Source: a candidate division WOR-3 bacterium
GTDB lineage: Bacteria > Hydrothermota > Tepidihabitantia > Tepidihabitantales > Tepidihabitantaceae
Direction: 5' to 3'
NCBI GenBank assembly: GCA_965649205.1
Contig: CBFGJV010000012.1
Coordinates: 1 to 64,000 of the forward strand
DNA length: 64,000 nucleotides
Shown: one piece after another, positions 10,405 to 20,085 of the stretch
How the letters are laid out: every line of letters begins with the position of its first letter
Numbering within the stretch: the first letter of the stretch is position 1
Translations under genes and position numbers: made by a program
Notes under the pieces: generated by a model
Database searches by the model: none
Told to the model about the DNA's origin: nothing
What the model saw: only the letters and a program-made list of their open reading frames with translations

Positions 10405-10491
10405 GGAGCTGCCCCCAAAAGTCAGTGATTTCTGCTTCGGACGAGACCCAGGTTCGGGCAAGAAAAAAGGTGGGACGGCGGGAAAGGTATA

Positions 10492-11817
10492 TTAGCGGGA
10501 AATGATGAGCTTAAGCGCGGGCAGGTGGGAGGAGACCGGTAGGAAGTATACGCCCGGTTTCAGGCCAGAAAGAGAATTCGGTCCGGGCGACAGAAGGCGG
10601 ACAAAGACGCCGGAGCGGTCGTACAGCGGGAGCGCGGCAGGAGCTGTGAGGAACACAGAGTTGCGGGCCGGGTTGGGCGTTAGTCGGCAGAAGGAAGAAT
10701 AACCGGATGGGTTTTCCTGGATACCGCTGCGGTCGCGGATGACGGTAAGGGTGCTGTCCCAAGAGTTTGCCACATATATTCTTTCGCTGACCGGACAGAA
10801 AACCATAGCTTTGGGACCGCCGCCGGTGGTAAGACTGGTGATAACTTGCTCCATTCCGTTGCGGGCGTCCAGCACGATGACCCGGGTTTCCAGCGGACAG
10901 GATACGTACAGCCGTTGCGTTACCGGATTGTAGAGCATTCGCTCCGGTTTGCCGGAAAGCGTGACCATGCCCTTGAAGCGGAGGCTTTCGCCGGGCATGA
11001 AACGCAATAGTTCGTCCCAATATGCGCCGCAGAATACCTTATTGTGAACAGTCCACAGTACACAGTGGGGTTCACTGCCCACAGGTATGGTAGCCAGCAC
11101 CTGATTGTTGGCACAGTTGAGCACAGTCAAGTTGTCGCTTCCGGCATTAGCCACATAGAGCCGGTTGTTCAGGGTATTGGCGGACATAGCCCAAGCGTTG
11201 ACTCCGGAGCTGACGGTTGCCACCAGCCGGTCTGTGGCGCAGTCAATGACATGAATTTTGCCCGGCTGACCATAGGCGCCTCCGGTAGTGTAAACACGGT
11301 CGCTGGTGGGATGGTAGAGAATTTCATTGGGATTCTGGGAAACAGAAATGGTGGAGAGAACCCGATCGTTCTGGGCGTCTATGCTGGTTACGGAAAAACT
11401 TCCCCTATTGGAGCAGTAGACTTTGTTGCGTTGGGCATTGTACACCAGTCCGGACGGGTTGCGGGCCACGGTGATAGTGGCGATTACCGAATCGGAAGCA
11501 GTGGATATTACAGAGACAGTTCCCGGGTTGTTCAAGTCGTTATTTGCGCAGTAAATTTTTCCGGCTTTGTAGTTCCAGCAGAGGGCGCACGGGTTGGGAC
11601 CCACGGCAATCCTTTTTCGCACCTGATTGGTACGGGTGTCTATGACAAAGACAGCGTTGCTGCCTTCGCTTGCCACATATAGTTTGCAGTTTACAGAGTC
11701 GTAGGCGAGCGCCTGAGGTGCCTTGCCCACGACTATGGTAGTTTCGATATATTGGGCCGAAGATACACTGAGAAAGCTCAGAATCAGGAAAAGAGCCGTC
11801 CGGGTAGTATGGTGCAT
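10492..11817 (-). CDS. YncE/YVTN-type beta-propeller repeat protein with short CTD-like C-terminus
   Basis: Repeats KLYVA/KIYCAN...V.VID...V.ATI.VG.NP; signal peptide from ATG 11817 (MHHTTR, SD gaaagg); C-terminus LTPNP...LKPGVYF...KLIISR. Confidence 0.85.
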   Translation of the reverse strand: MHHTTRTALFLILSFLSVSSAQYIETTIVVGKAPQALAYDSVNCKLYVASEGSNAVFVIDTRTNQVRKRIAVGPNPCALCWNYKAGKIYCANNDLNNPGTVSVISTASDSVIATITVARNPSGLVYNAQRNKVYCSNRGSFSVTSIDAQNDRVLSTISVSQNPNEILYHPTSDRVYTTGGAYGQPGKIHVIDCATDRLVATVSSGVNAWAMSANTLNNRLYVANAGSDNLTVLNCANNQVLATIPVGSEPHCVLWTVHNKVFCGAYWDELLRFMPGESLRFKGMVTLSGKPERMLYNPVTQRLYVSCPLETRVIVLDARNGMEQVITSLTTGGGPKAMVFCPVSERIYVANSWDSTLTVIRDRSGIQENPSGYSSFCRLTPNPARNSVFLTAPAALPLYDRSGVFVRLLSPGPNSLSGLKPGVYFLPVSSHLPALKLIISR

Positions 11818-11850
11818 CGCATACCTTTCTGGTTCGTTGCCGGCAATCCA

Positions 11851-11880
11851 ATAATAGACCATAAATTGCGGCTGTGTCAA
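11851..11880 (-). promoter_or_regulatory. sigma70-type promoter for the YVTN gene
   Basis: TTGACA-N18-TATTAT on the minus strand. Confidence 0.5.
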
Positions 11881-12331
11881 GCAGGGTCTGACGGACAGGG
11901 GGAACTGGCAGTGAAAGGTTCAGGTGAGATTAAATGGGTCAGGCAGAAGCTTGGCTCTGGTCATAGGTAGGCAAGTGTTGCTTTTTCAACCAGTTGGGGG
12001 CGTGCCTCTTTCTTCTTCCGCCACAAAGTAGGGGGACTGGGCAGGGGAAGGGGGAACGACTCCCCCAGTGGTGCAGGGGGTGGGACGGAAAGGGGGTTTA
12101 GGTTCTAATGCCGATAGCAATAGTTGGATAATCTCCTGTTTCTGCTGCGGATAGGGAAAGGGATACAGGTGTTGTGTCAGGTAGCGGCTAAGCTAGCAGC
12201 GAGAATCAGGGTAGAAACAGGGTGCAGGCTACAGGTTGAGCTTCTGGCCGCAGGGCTTGTTCAATTTCTTGTGTGGTTGCGGCTCTGGCAGAAGTGTGTC
12301 CGCAGAGGGAAGGGGCGGAATAGCGGGGGAA

Positions 12332-14320
12332 TCAGTTGCCAGTTTTCAGTCTTGTGTTGAGCAGTTGTTCAAAGCTGGGGTTGACCGGGCCGCCGAGTCG
12401 TTTTGCCGTCTCCAGTTCGGCTCCGGCTTCCGGATAGCGGCCGAGATGAAACAGAGCCACGGCGCGGTTGTGATGGACGAGGGGATTGTCAGGAGCAAGA
12501 GCGAGGAGTGTGTCGTACTGAGCCAGTGCTTCCAGATAACGCCCCAGTTTCTGCAAGACGGTGCCCAGTCCGAAGCGGAACTTGAGCTCGGAGGGTTTCA
12601 GTTCTACGCTTCTGGAGTAAGCATTGCGAGCCTCGTCCAGTTGATTGTGTGATTCGTATATCATTCCCAGATAGTAATGGGTAAAGGGGTTGTGCGCATC
12701 GTATCTGGCAGCCAGGGTAAGGTGTTTTAGCGCCTCTTCTTCCCGGCGTTGCTTCAGCCGTAGTATGCCTAAGTTGCGATGGGCTTCAGCTAGGTCGGGC
12801 TGGAGCTGAATCGCTTCCAGGAAAGAGGCCACCGCTCGTGCGGTGTCGTTCTGTTCCAGATAAGTGGCGCCCAGGTTGACCAGTGACTGGGCCCGGGTGG
12901 TTACCCGGGAACCTTGAAGCGGGTAAAGGGTGGGAATAAGGCTGGCAGCAACAAGGCCTAAGCGCGCCGCCAGTTTTCTGTAGTGTCGCTGGCGTAACTG
13001 CTGCCAGAGTTTTACCAGCAGTGCCCCGGCAAAAGGCGCAAGGGAGACTACTACCGGCAGGCGGTAGCGGTCGAGAACGAAGAAGGCTATTACCGAGAGA
13101 GAGAAGAGAAGGAAGAAGATGGCGAGGGAAAGATGGGCAAGGGAGCGGCGGAAAAATAGAACAAGACCCGGAAAACCCAGGGCAAAGGCCAGCCCGAACC
13201 CGGCCAGAGGGAGCCGAAGCACAAAGGAATAGCGGGCCAGAAAACCCAGGTCATAGGAGTCGGGGACCTCAAAGTTGTTCAGATAGAGAAGGGTCTTGCG
13301 CAGGAGCAGACGCAGGAATGCGGCAGGATGCGATTTTATCCAAGCAAGTGCCTGCCGGAAGTAAAAACGAGAAGTTTCGCCATAGCTGAGTTTGCGCCCT
13401 GCTACCTTGCGGGCATAGTCAGCCATATCCTGTTCCTCAAATTGAGGATGAGCGCGCAACCAGCTGGGTGCCTCGTATTGGCCGGTACGGTTGTGTTCGC
13501 TGTTGCCGATATAGAAGTTTTGACCGGCCTGGGTAGTGGTGAGGATGAATTCCCGGGCAAGCAGAGAATTGCGGATGGAAACCGGCGCAATGACGCAGAT
13601 AAGTCCAAGAAGGGACAGAAGTGCCGGGATAAGTGGTGGGTTGAACTGCGGTGTGAGGAATTTTCGCCCAGAGCCAGGGACTTTCGACCTACGTAGAGCA
13701 AGGTGAACTGCGATCAGAAGAGGCGCAAATATCAGCAGATTGGAGCGGGTCAGAGAAGCCAGGCCAAGGGAAAGTCCGCAGAGAAAGGACCAGAACCGGG
13801 TCTGCCAGGTTTGACCGGCTGAGGAGGGGAAGCGCAGGCTCCGCACTAAAGACCAGAGGAACAGAGCGGTGAGGAAGATGGACAAAGCGGTTTTCTCTAT
13901 TACAACTTCGTAGAATATGAAAGGGCGGTAGCCGGCAACGAAGAGAGCGGCAAGAAGGGCGGCTGTCGGGTTGAAGAGAAGTCGCGTCATATCCCAGACA
14001 AGAAGGATGATTAGGCAACCCATTAGAATCTGTAGGAGATAGACGGCGGGATAGTTGTGTCCGAACAGTCTGTAGACGCCGGCGAGAAAATAGGGATATA
14101 GAGGGTCCTGGTAGAAAGGTTTAGGAGTGAGGGTGCGATTGGCGATAGCCAGCGCCGCAGCGTCGTAGGCTTGGCCATCTACCATAGGCTGGGTGAAGAA
14201 GGGAGAGTCAGAGCTGTCCCGGAAGTGGGCCAGCCGTAGGCCGAGCCCGAAAGTGAGAATCAGGAGAAGGGGCAGAAAGTTGCGTATGGAAAAGGTGGGC
14301 AGGGATGCAGAAGTTTTCAC
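12332..14320 (-). CDS. GT-C fold membrane glycosyltransferase (ArnT/PMT-like) with C-terminal TPR repeats
   Basis: D...Y...A, FYQDPLYPYFLA, GLSLGLASLTRSN, NFYIGN, RYRLP motifs; many TM helices; TPRs AEAHRNLG, HYYLG, VHHNRA. Confidence 0.85.
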   Translation of the reverse strand: MKTSASLPTFSIRNFLPLLLILTFGLGLRLAHFRDSSDSPFFTQPMVDGQAYDAAALAIANRTLTPKPFYQDPLYPYFLAGVYRLFGHNYPAVYLLQILMGCLIILLVWDMTRLLFNPTAALLAALFVAGYRPFIFYEVVIEKTALSIFLTALFLWSLVRSLRFPSSAGQTWQTRFWSFLCGLSLGLASLTRSNLLIFAPLLIAVHLALRRSKVPGSGRKFLTPQFNPPLIPALLSLLGLICVIAPVSIRNSLLAREFILTTTQAGQNFYIGNSEHNRTGQYEAPSWLRAHPQFEEQDMADYARKVAGRKLSYGETSRFYFRQALAWIKSHPAAFLRLLLRKTLLYLNNFEVPDSYDLGFLARYSFVLRLPLAGFGLAFALGFPGLVLFFRRSLAHLSLAIFFLLFSLSVIAFFVLDRYRLPVVVSLAPFAGALLVKLWQQLRQRHYRKLAARLGLVAASLIPTLYPLQGSRVTTRAQSLVNLGATYLEQNDTARAVASFLEAIQLQPDLAEAHRNLGILRLKQRREEEALKHLTLAARYDAHNPFTHYYLGMIYESHNQLDEARNAYSRSVELKPSELKFRFGLGTVLQKLGRYLEALAQYDTLLALAPDNPLVHHNRAVALFHLGRYPEAGAELETAKRLGGPVNPSFEQLLNTRLKTGN

Positions 14321-14326
14321 AGTCCA

Positions 14327-14420
14327 AGTCTAAAGGAGGCAACCGCTCTTGTAAACGGTGGAGCGGGCGCCGGTTTCGAAGGTTGCTTCCGCTTGACACA
14401 CAGTTCGACTGTGATAGCCT
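14327..14420. promoter_or_regulatory. Divergent promoter pair
   Basis: Minus: TTTACA-N17-TAGACT, 6 nt before GTG 14320. Plus: TTGACA(14393)-N16-TAGCCT, 9 nt before ATG 14430. Confidence 0.6.
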
Positions 14421-14429
14421 AGAGGCACC

Positions 14430-15842
14430 ATGAGGAAAATAACCGCAATTTGTCTTTTGGCCGTAGTCGTGTTTTCCGGCTGTGCCGAGAAAAGAAGCAG
14501 GGGGCTGAAACCTGAGCGCGCGGAAAACTGGTTGGTTACCTATGTGGATACAGTGAAGATTGGTTATTCTGTGATGAGGCGGGAGCGGTTGCGGGACGGT
14601 TACCGGCTTGAAGGAATGATGAGAATGAATGTGGATATGGGAGGGGTGAAACAGGATGTGCGTTATTCTTCCGAGATTTTTACCGCGCCGGATTTTTCTC
14701 TCCGTTCCTTTGATTTCCGTTTCCAGGCACAGGGTCGCACGCAGAATGTTACCGGGGTGGTGGAGGGCAGGAATCTGAAACTGGTGGGCAAGGGCGATCA
14801 GTCCCGGACCATTCCTCTGCGCGGGCCGGTTTATCCGATGGCGGCGCTGGGTACGCTTGTGGTTCGACGTAATCCTGCGCCCGATGCCAAGTTCAGTTTT
14901 GATGTGTTTGATGTGAGTGTGGTTTCAGTTGTGCCTGTGCAGGTGACAGTGTTGGGCAGGGATACCGTGAGTCTGAACGGGGAGAAGCAGGAGGCGCTTA
15001 AGATGCAGGTGCGGTTGGCTCAGGTGGAAATGACCAGCTGGCTGGACGCAGAAGGATTGCCGCTGGTTGAGCTTTCGCCGCCACGGATGCGTTCGGTCCG
15101 GACTACTGCTGCTCAGGCAATGGCCGAGGAAAAGGGGCGGGGTCGTCTGGACATTTTGCGGATGTTCCGGGTGCCTGTGGATACCACGGTGGCGGAGCCG
15201 GCCCGAGTGAGACGGGCGGTACTGGAGATAACCGGAATAAAGCCTGAGGAGGCGAGCCTTGCGTTTGACTACCAGCGGGTAATAGGCAACCAGCCGCTGG
15301 TGATAGAGATTAGCACTCCTTCCCTGCCTGCAGAGGTGCGTCTGCCTGTTGGCGGTCAGGAAGATTTCCTTAAGCCCACACTTTCAGTGCAGTGTGATCA
15401 TCCGGAAATCAAAGCCAAGGCCAGAGAGGTTGTCGGTCCTACGGACGAGGCAGTGCAGGCGGCGCGTACTTTGGCATCCTGGGTGTTTGCTGCCCTTAAT
15501 AAGGTTCCGACCGCCTCTTTTCCGTCTGCTCTGGAGGTGCTGCGGCAGATGGAGGGAGACTGTAACGAACATGCCGTGCTTTATGCGGCTCTGGCACGTG
15601 CGCTGGGGATTCCTACGAAGATTACGGTCGGGCTGGTATATATGGAAGGAGCGTTCTACTACCATGCCTGGAACGAGGTGTTTCTTGGCCGCTGGATTCC
15701 AGTGGATGCTACACTGGGAGAGTTTCCGGCTAGTGCCCTGCATCTAAAGCTGGGCGAGGGCGAGCTGAGCGAGCAAGCCCAGGTGCTGGCCGTAGTCGGA
15801 CGTATCGGTATCAGGCTTAAGGCCTGGGAAACCAGCCGTTGA
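14430..15842 (+). CDS. Lipoprotein with transglutaminase-like (Cys-His-Asp) domain
   Basis: Lipobox VFSGC; GDCNEHAVLYAALARALGIP, YYHAWNEV, WIPVDAT. Confidence 0.9.
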   Translation: MRKITAICLLAVVVFSGCAEKRSRGLKPERAENWLVTYVDTVKIGYSVMRRERLRDGYRLEGMMRMNVDMGGVKQDVRYSSEIFTAPDFSLRSFDFRFQAQGRTQNVTGVVEGRNLKLVGKGDQSRTIPLRGPVYPMAALGTLVVRRNPAPDAKFSFDVFDVSVVSVVPVQVTVLGRDTVSLNGEKQEALKMQVRLAQVEMTSWLDAEGLPLVELSPPRMRSVRTTAAQAMAEEKGRGRLDILRMFRVPVDTTVAEPARVRRAVLEITGIKPEEASLAFDYQRVIGNQPLVIEISTPSLPAEVRLPVGGQEDFLKPTLSVQCDHPEIKAKAREVVGPTDEAVQAARTLASWVFAALNKVPTASFPSALEVLRQMEGDCNEHAVLYAALARALGIPTKITVGLVYMEGAFYYHAWNEVFLGRWIPVDATLGEFPASALHLKLGEGELSEQAQVLAVVGRIGIRLKAWETSR

Positions 15843-15871
15843 CCGCGAGAGCAGTCTGCTCCGGAAATGCT

Positions 15872-18409
15872 CTATTTTTCCGGTTGCGGCTGCGTTTCTT
15901 CTTCCGCGGGTAGTTCGAAGATAAAGTCAGATTCCTTCATCAGTATTTCTATGCGTGCCCGGTTGCGCAGGTCGGCCAGAAGCTGGGCGGCAAGTTTTTC
16001 TTCTGCGGCCTGGCGCAGTTTGTCTTCCAATCTGGGTCTCACTTCCTCCAGAGGTCGCGTGTAGGCTTTCTTTTTCTCTTCCACTTTGATGAAGGTATAG
16101 GTGGTGTCGTTGAGTTTCATAACTGGCGAGACGGCGCCGGTGTCCAGACTGAAGGCAGCATTGATTATTTTCTGGTCGCGGGACTTGTCGTCTCGCGTGA
16201 GCCAGTACAAGTCTCCTGATGACCAGCGGCTGGGCGCGCTGGAGAAACGACGTGCCAGGTCAGCGAAGGTTACTTTCTGGGCAGAGTCCTTGCGGGTGAC
16301 TTTGAGCAGGAGTACGCCGTCAGGCAGTTCATAGCGAGCCACCTCTCCGGTATCCAGTTTCACCAGGCGTTTCACAAAATCAGCTGGCAGGACGCGGTCC
16401 AGAGTAAGGTAAGCCCCCAGTTTGGCAGAATCCACTATTGGCTTCCCGGTGCTGTCTGTCTGCAGTTTTTCACCCAATAGGGTGACGAGTTCTTCGGCAG
16501 TGCGGGCCTGGCGCAGCCGGGGAGCATACAGTTTGTCTTCGGCGGAAAGATTGGAGAACCCCAGGCCGAACACGGCGTTGCCGCGATAGGGGCCAGCTGC
16601 CCGACAACTGGCAGTGAGGTTAGCGACTTCCTTGCCGGCCACTCGCAGGGTGGGTGTTCCGGTGAGGGCCGGGGCACGGGTCAGGCTGTACACAGCAATG
16701 AGCGAGTCGGTGTTGGTGGTCGTGCGAAGCTGTTGTTCGATTTCCGCTGCCTGACCTTGGTCCGTAACGAACAGACCGCGTCCGTCAATGAGTGCAGGCA
16801 GACGGCCCGCCACAGCCCAGGCGCGTAACTGTTGCGCACGTTCCCGGGTAGGGGCAGCGATTTCCCGGGCGTGCACCTGCGCCGGTACTTTGTGTTCTTT
16901 CAGGGTGGCACGGTATTCAGCCGCAATAGCCGCAGAGTCAACCTGGGCTTTTTCGCTAATCATGAGACTGCGGTAGCGGTCAATAGCCAGTCTTTCTCGC
17001 TGTTCCAGGAGGCGGTGTACTACCCGATTCCAGAGCCATAGCTTTTGCGCTTCGGCCTCGCGCAGGATTATCCTTTCCAGCACTAGTTGTTCTAAAATCC
17101 GCTGTCTGCCTTCAGGGGTCATGAATTGGCTGCGGAAGAATATAGGTATCTGCTGGATTCTTACCTCCAGGTCAATCCGGGTGATGGGAATATTATCCAC
17201 GAAAGCCAGCGTATCTTTTTCCTGGCTGAGGGCGTTGGTGTCCATAACCACATTGGCTTTGCGTTTGAGCATCTCTACTGTCTTTTCGTAGAGCTTTTGA
17301 CCTTCAGCCTGGCGGAGTTGAGCAAGAATCTGGTCTCTGACTTCTGCATAGGGCTTCGTGCTGGCGGGTTTTCTTTCTGTAATTTTTAGAAGAGCAAACC
17401 CTTCTTCTGTTTTCACCGGTTGGCTGAGCTGGCCGGGTTTCAGGGAGAAAGCGGCAACTTCTATCGCTTTGGGCTGTACTCCGCGGGCAAAGAATCCCAT
17501 ATCACCGCCTTTCTCTTTGTCCGGGGCGATAGAAAACTGGCGGACCAGAGTGTCCCACTTTGCCGGTTCAGCCAGGAGCACTTTGCGCAGAGAATCAGCT
17601 AGTCTGCGGTCGGCTACCACCAGTTGATAGCCGTGTACTTTTTCCGGTGTGGTGTAGCGCGTGGGCTTGTCTTTCTGGTACTGTGCCCGCAGCCGTTTCT
17701 CGGAGGTGTCCAGCCGACCCACGATGTTGCGTTCGTACCATTCCTCGTAGAGGAGGCGGTTTCTTATCTGGTTCAGCGAGGAGCGGAAGTGTTTGTCTTC
17801 AAACACACCGATGGACTTCGCCGCCTGGTATTGCAGGCGGTTGTCAATCATGGAGTTGAGTAATTCCTGTTTCTTCTCGTACTTTTCGTAGGCGGCCGGA
17901 TTCTGGCTGATACGTTCATCCAGCTCTATGCGGGTAATGGGGAAGCCGTCCACATATGCTACCCGATCCTGGTAGTTCTTGCGGAAGCAGCGCTCTATTG
18001 CGTCCAGAGCGTCCGCACCAAAGGCGGATTTCATATAACGAGTAGCCACCTGTTCGTAGTTTTTGGCTGCGTCAAGGAACTTTTCCTGTAGTTCCTGAGA
18101 CAGAGCCAGGCGATACAGTATTTCAGGCATGCGTTTGTCTTTGGGAAACTGTTCCAGAATGAGACGGTAGAGCGATTCGGCGGCAGCGTAGTCTTCCTTC
18201 TTGTCTAGGAAGAAGTCAGCCAGTTCCAGTTTGACTAAGAACTTGTCAGCAGGACGCGTGCTGACGGCGTCCAGTCGCTGCAGCAGGTTTTCCGCTGCAG
18301 AGTACTGCTGTAGGGCATAGTACCGATAAACACTATCCAGTTTAGTGGTTAGATTCTGGCTGTGCGCCCAGACAATGGATAACAATACAGAGCATATGAG
18401 TTTCTTCAT
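15872..18409 (-). CDS. TPR + SurA/PrsA-like parvulin (PpiC) peptidyl-prolyl isomerase
   Basis: SD aggagg, signal peptide MKKLIC; TPR region; FSIAPDKEKGGDMGFF...AAFSLKPGQLSQPVKTEEGF; second parvulin FADLARRFS...GDLYW. Confidence 0.88.
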   Translation of the reverse strand: MKKLICSVLLSIVWAHSQNLTTKLDSVYRYYALQQYSAAENLLQRLDAVSTRPADKFLVKLELADFFLDKKEDYAAAESLYRLILEQFPKDKRMPEILYRLALSQELQEKFLDAAKNYEQVATRYMKSAFGADALDAIERCFRKNYQDRVAYVDGFPITRIELDERISQNPAAYEKYEKKQELLNSMIDNRLQYQAAKSIGVFEDKHFRSSLNQIRNRLLYEEWYERNIVGRLDTSEKRLRAQYQKDKPTRYTTPEKVHGYQLVVADRRLADSLRKVLLAEPAKWDTLVRQFSIAPDKEKGGDMGFFARGVQPKAIEVAAFSLKPGQLSQPVKTEEGFALLKITERKPASTKPYAEVRDQILAQLRQAEGQKLYEKTVEMLKRKANVVMDTNALSQEKDTLAFVDNIPITRIDLEVRIQQIPIFFRSQFMTPEGRQRILEQLVLERIILREAEAQKLWLWNRVVHRLLEQRERLAIDRYRSLMISEKAQVDSAAIAAEYRATLKEHKVPAQVHAREIAAPTRERAQQLRAWAVAGRLPALIDGRGLFVTDQGQAAEIEQQLRTTTNTDSLIAVYSLTRAPALTGTPTLRVAGKEVANLTASCRAAGPYRGNAVFGLGFSNLSAEDKLYAPRLRQARTAEELVTLLGEKLQTDSTGKPIVDSAKLGAYLTLDRVLPADFVKRLVKLDTGEVARYELPDGVLLLKVTRKDSAQKVTFADLARRFSSAPSRWSSGDLYWLTRDDKSRDQKIINAAFSLDTGAVSPVMKLNDTTYTFIKVEEKKKAYTRPLEEVRPRLEDKLRQAAEEKLAAQLLADLRNRARIEILMKESDFIFELPAEEETQPQPEK

Positions 18410-18477
18410 GTTACCTCCTGGTTCCAAGTTTTATAACACCGGGCGTCAATTGCTACCAGCCACCGGTGTTGTTGTAT

Positions 18478-19218
18478 CTACCGTACGAATTGAAGTCCTA
18501 TCATCATTACCGCACCTGAAAGGAGCGGAATGACGACATTGTCGTTGACCTCAAACGGCAGCGCCTCCACAATTGAGGCGGAGACGGCTCCAAGAATACC
18601 AACGCCAAAAGGCAGGTCAAGTTTGGGCAGCAGCGAGATAACCCAGGCTACAACGATGCATGCGGCCAGACCGGCCAGACTCCCTTCCAGAGTTTTGCGA
18701 AACAGTCTGATGCGGCCGAAGGATAAGCCGACCAGCGCCGCGACCGTGTCTCCTATAGAAAGAAAGGAGATGGCGGCGATGAATACGCCGCGTCCTTCTT
18801 GCGGTTTGGTCCCTAGTATGCCGGAACCGAAAACTATCATACACACAAGCGAAGCCAGCATCAGATAGCTGCCGCCGGTAAGAGAGGAGAACTCGCGTTT
18901 TCTGAGTAGGGAGCCGAATAGCACGATGAAAATACCACGCAGAGGATTCAAGTGTAGCCGCAGAAAATCCACCGCCAGAAAAATAGCGGTAGCAGCTATC
19001 ATCAGGTATAGGGCGAGACGTTGAGGCAGCGGGTAGTAGAGAATGGGAATGAGAAGCGCAAGCAGATGAGCAAGCTTGCGCCCTTTTTCCGGGCCTAGAA
19101 CTCCACACCTCCGGATACTTGCTGGGTACTGCCCAGTTCTCTGCTTCCTGAGGCGTAACCGGCTGAGTAACCGTAGTCTAAATACAGCCGCTTGTACCGG
19201 GCACCAAGTCCCAGACAA
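18478..19218 (-). CDS. Dolichol/phytol kinase-like (CTP-dependent polyprenol kinase) membrane protein; start uncertain
   Basis: RKLAH, LRKRE...LTG, IGDTVAALVG, KTLEGSLAG, VNDNVVIPL motifs. Confidence 0.8.
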   Translation of the reverse strand: MSGTWCPVQAAVFRLRLLSRLRLRKQRTGQYPASIRRCGVLGPEKGRKLAHLLALLIPILYYPLPQRLALYLMIAATAIFLAVDFLRLHLNPLRGIFIVLFGSLLRKREFSSLTGGSYLMLASLVCMIVFGSGILGTKPQEGRGVFIAAISFLSIGDTVAALVGLSFGRIRLFRKTLEGSLAGLAACIVVAWVISLLPKLDLPFGVGILGAVSASIVEALPFEVNDNVVIPLLSGAVMMIGLQFVR

Positions 19219-20072
19219 AAATTGCCACGGTGTAAACCCATGCGGCCGTATAGGCTTGTGCGGAAGGCGTATTCTATACCCAGGTTATGGTCCAGCTTGC
19301 GGCCGTCCAAGTCTGTCTGCACTTCTGCAGCCAGGTGTAGCATATCTCTGCCCAGGTAGAAGGTTTTAGCGATGCCGGCACAGGGAGCGGGTATGATAGC
19401 TTCCCGTTTTCCTGTGCTCCAGAACAGAGGCGAACTGGTGGCGTTGCGTATGCGAAAGCCCAGGTTTAGGCCTGGTGCAGGCGTAAGCAACAGTCCCGCA
19501 TCCGCGCCCATGCCGAAGCAGGAGCCCGGACCAAGCGATTGATATATCAGTTTGGTATTGACTCCAAGCGTGAAAATCGGCGAAAGCTGGCGGCTGTAGT
19601 TGAAGTAACCCACCAGTTGATTGGCACTTACAATTTCTTTCACAATCGGACGGTTGTTTTCTCCCGGAGGTTGGGTGGTGTCGGGTAGGGTAGTGAGTTT
19701 GATGCCAGGAATGCCGTTGTGGAGCACACCAATACCAAACGATTGGAGGTCAGCGGAGAAGGTGACGCCCAGATAGTTGTGCTGAAGCAGTCCGCTGAAG
19801 TCTTCGGAATGGAGCAGGAGTACCTGGTTGCCAGGAGTCCTGGCCGTAAGAGCGGGATTGTAGTAGATTGCCTCCGGGCCCCGGGCCAGGGTTACGGCAG
19901 CTCCGCCCAAGCCGATGATACGGGCCGAGGTGCCGAGTTCTTCAAAGTCTCCCGCGTATTTGGTCGCCCAAGCGTAGCTGAGAATCAGGAACAGAAGCGT
20001 CGTGGCCAGCGGCCTACGTCGACTCCAATAGGGGATGAACCGGTTGCTCCGTTTTCTTTCTGCTTTGCTCAT
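19095..20072 (-). CDS. PorV/PorQ-family (UPF0164-like) outer-membrane beta-barrel
   Basis: GTSARIIGLGGA...AIYYNPA, GMGADAGLL, LGIEY, LDYGY, terminal Phe; SD gaggag before ATG 20072. Confidence 0.8.
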   Translation of the reverse strand: MSKAERKRSNRFIPYWSRRRPLATTLLFLILSYAWATKYAGDFEELGTSARIIGLGGAAVTLARGPEAIYYNPALTARTPGNQVLLLHSEDFSGLLQHNYLGVTFSADLQSFGIGVLHNGIPGIKLTTLPDTTQPPGENNRPIVKEIVSANQLVGYFNYSRQLSPIFTLGVNTKLIYQSLGPGSCFGMGADAGLLLTPAPGLNLGFRIRNATSSPLFWSTGKREAIIPAPCAGIAKTFYLGRDMLHLAAEVQTDLDGRKLDHNLGIEYAFRTSLYGRMGLHRGNFCLGLGARYKRLYLDYGYSAGYASGSRELGSTQQVSGGVEF

Positions 20073-20085
20073 TCTTATTGTCTCC

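Noticed and set aside
14305..14333. Third ECF promoter (GTCTAA at 14328)
   Set aside because: The -35 does not match at N16, and the site is explained as the minus-strand -10 TAGACT.
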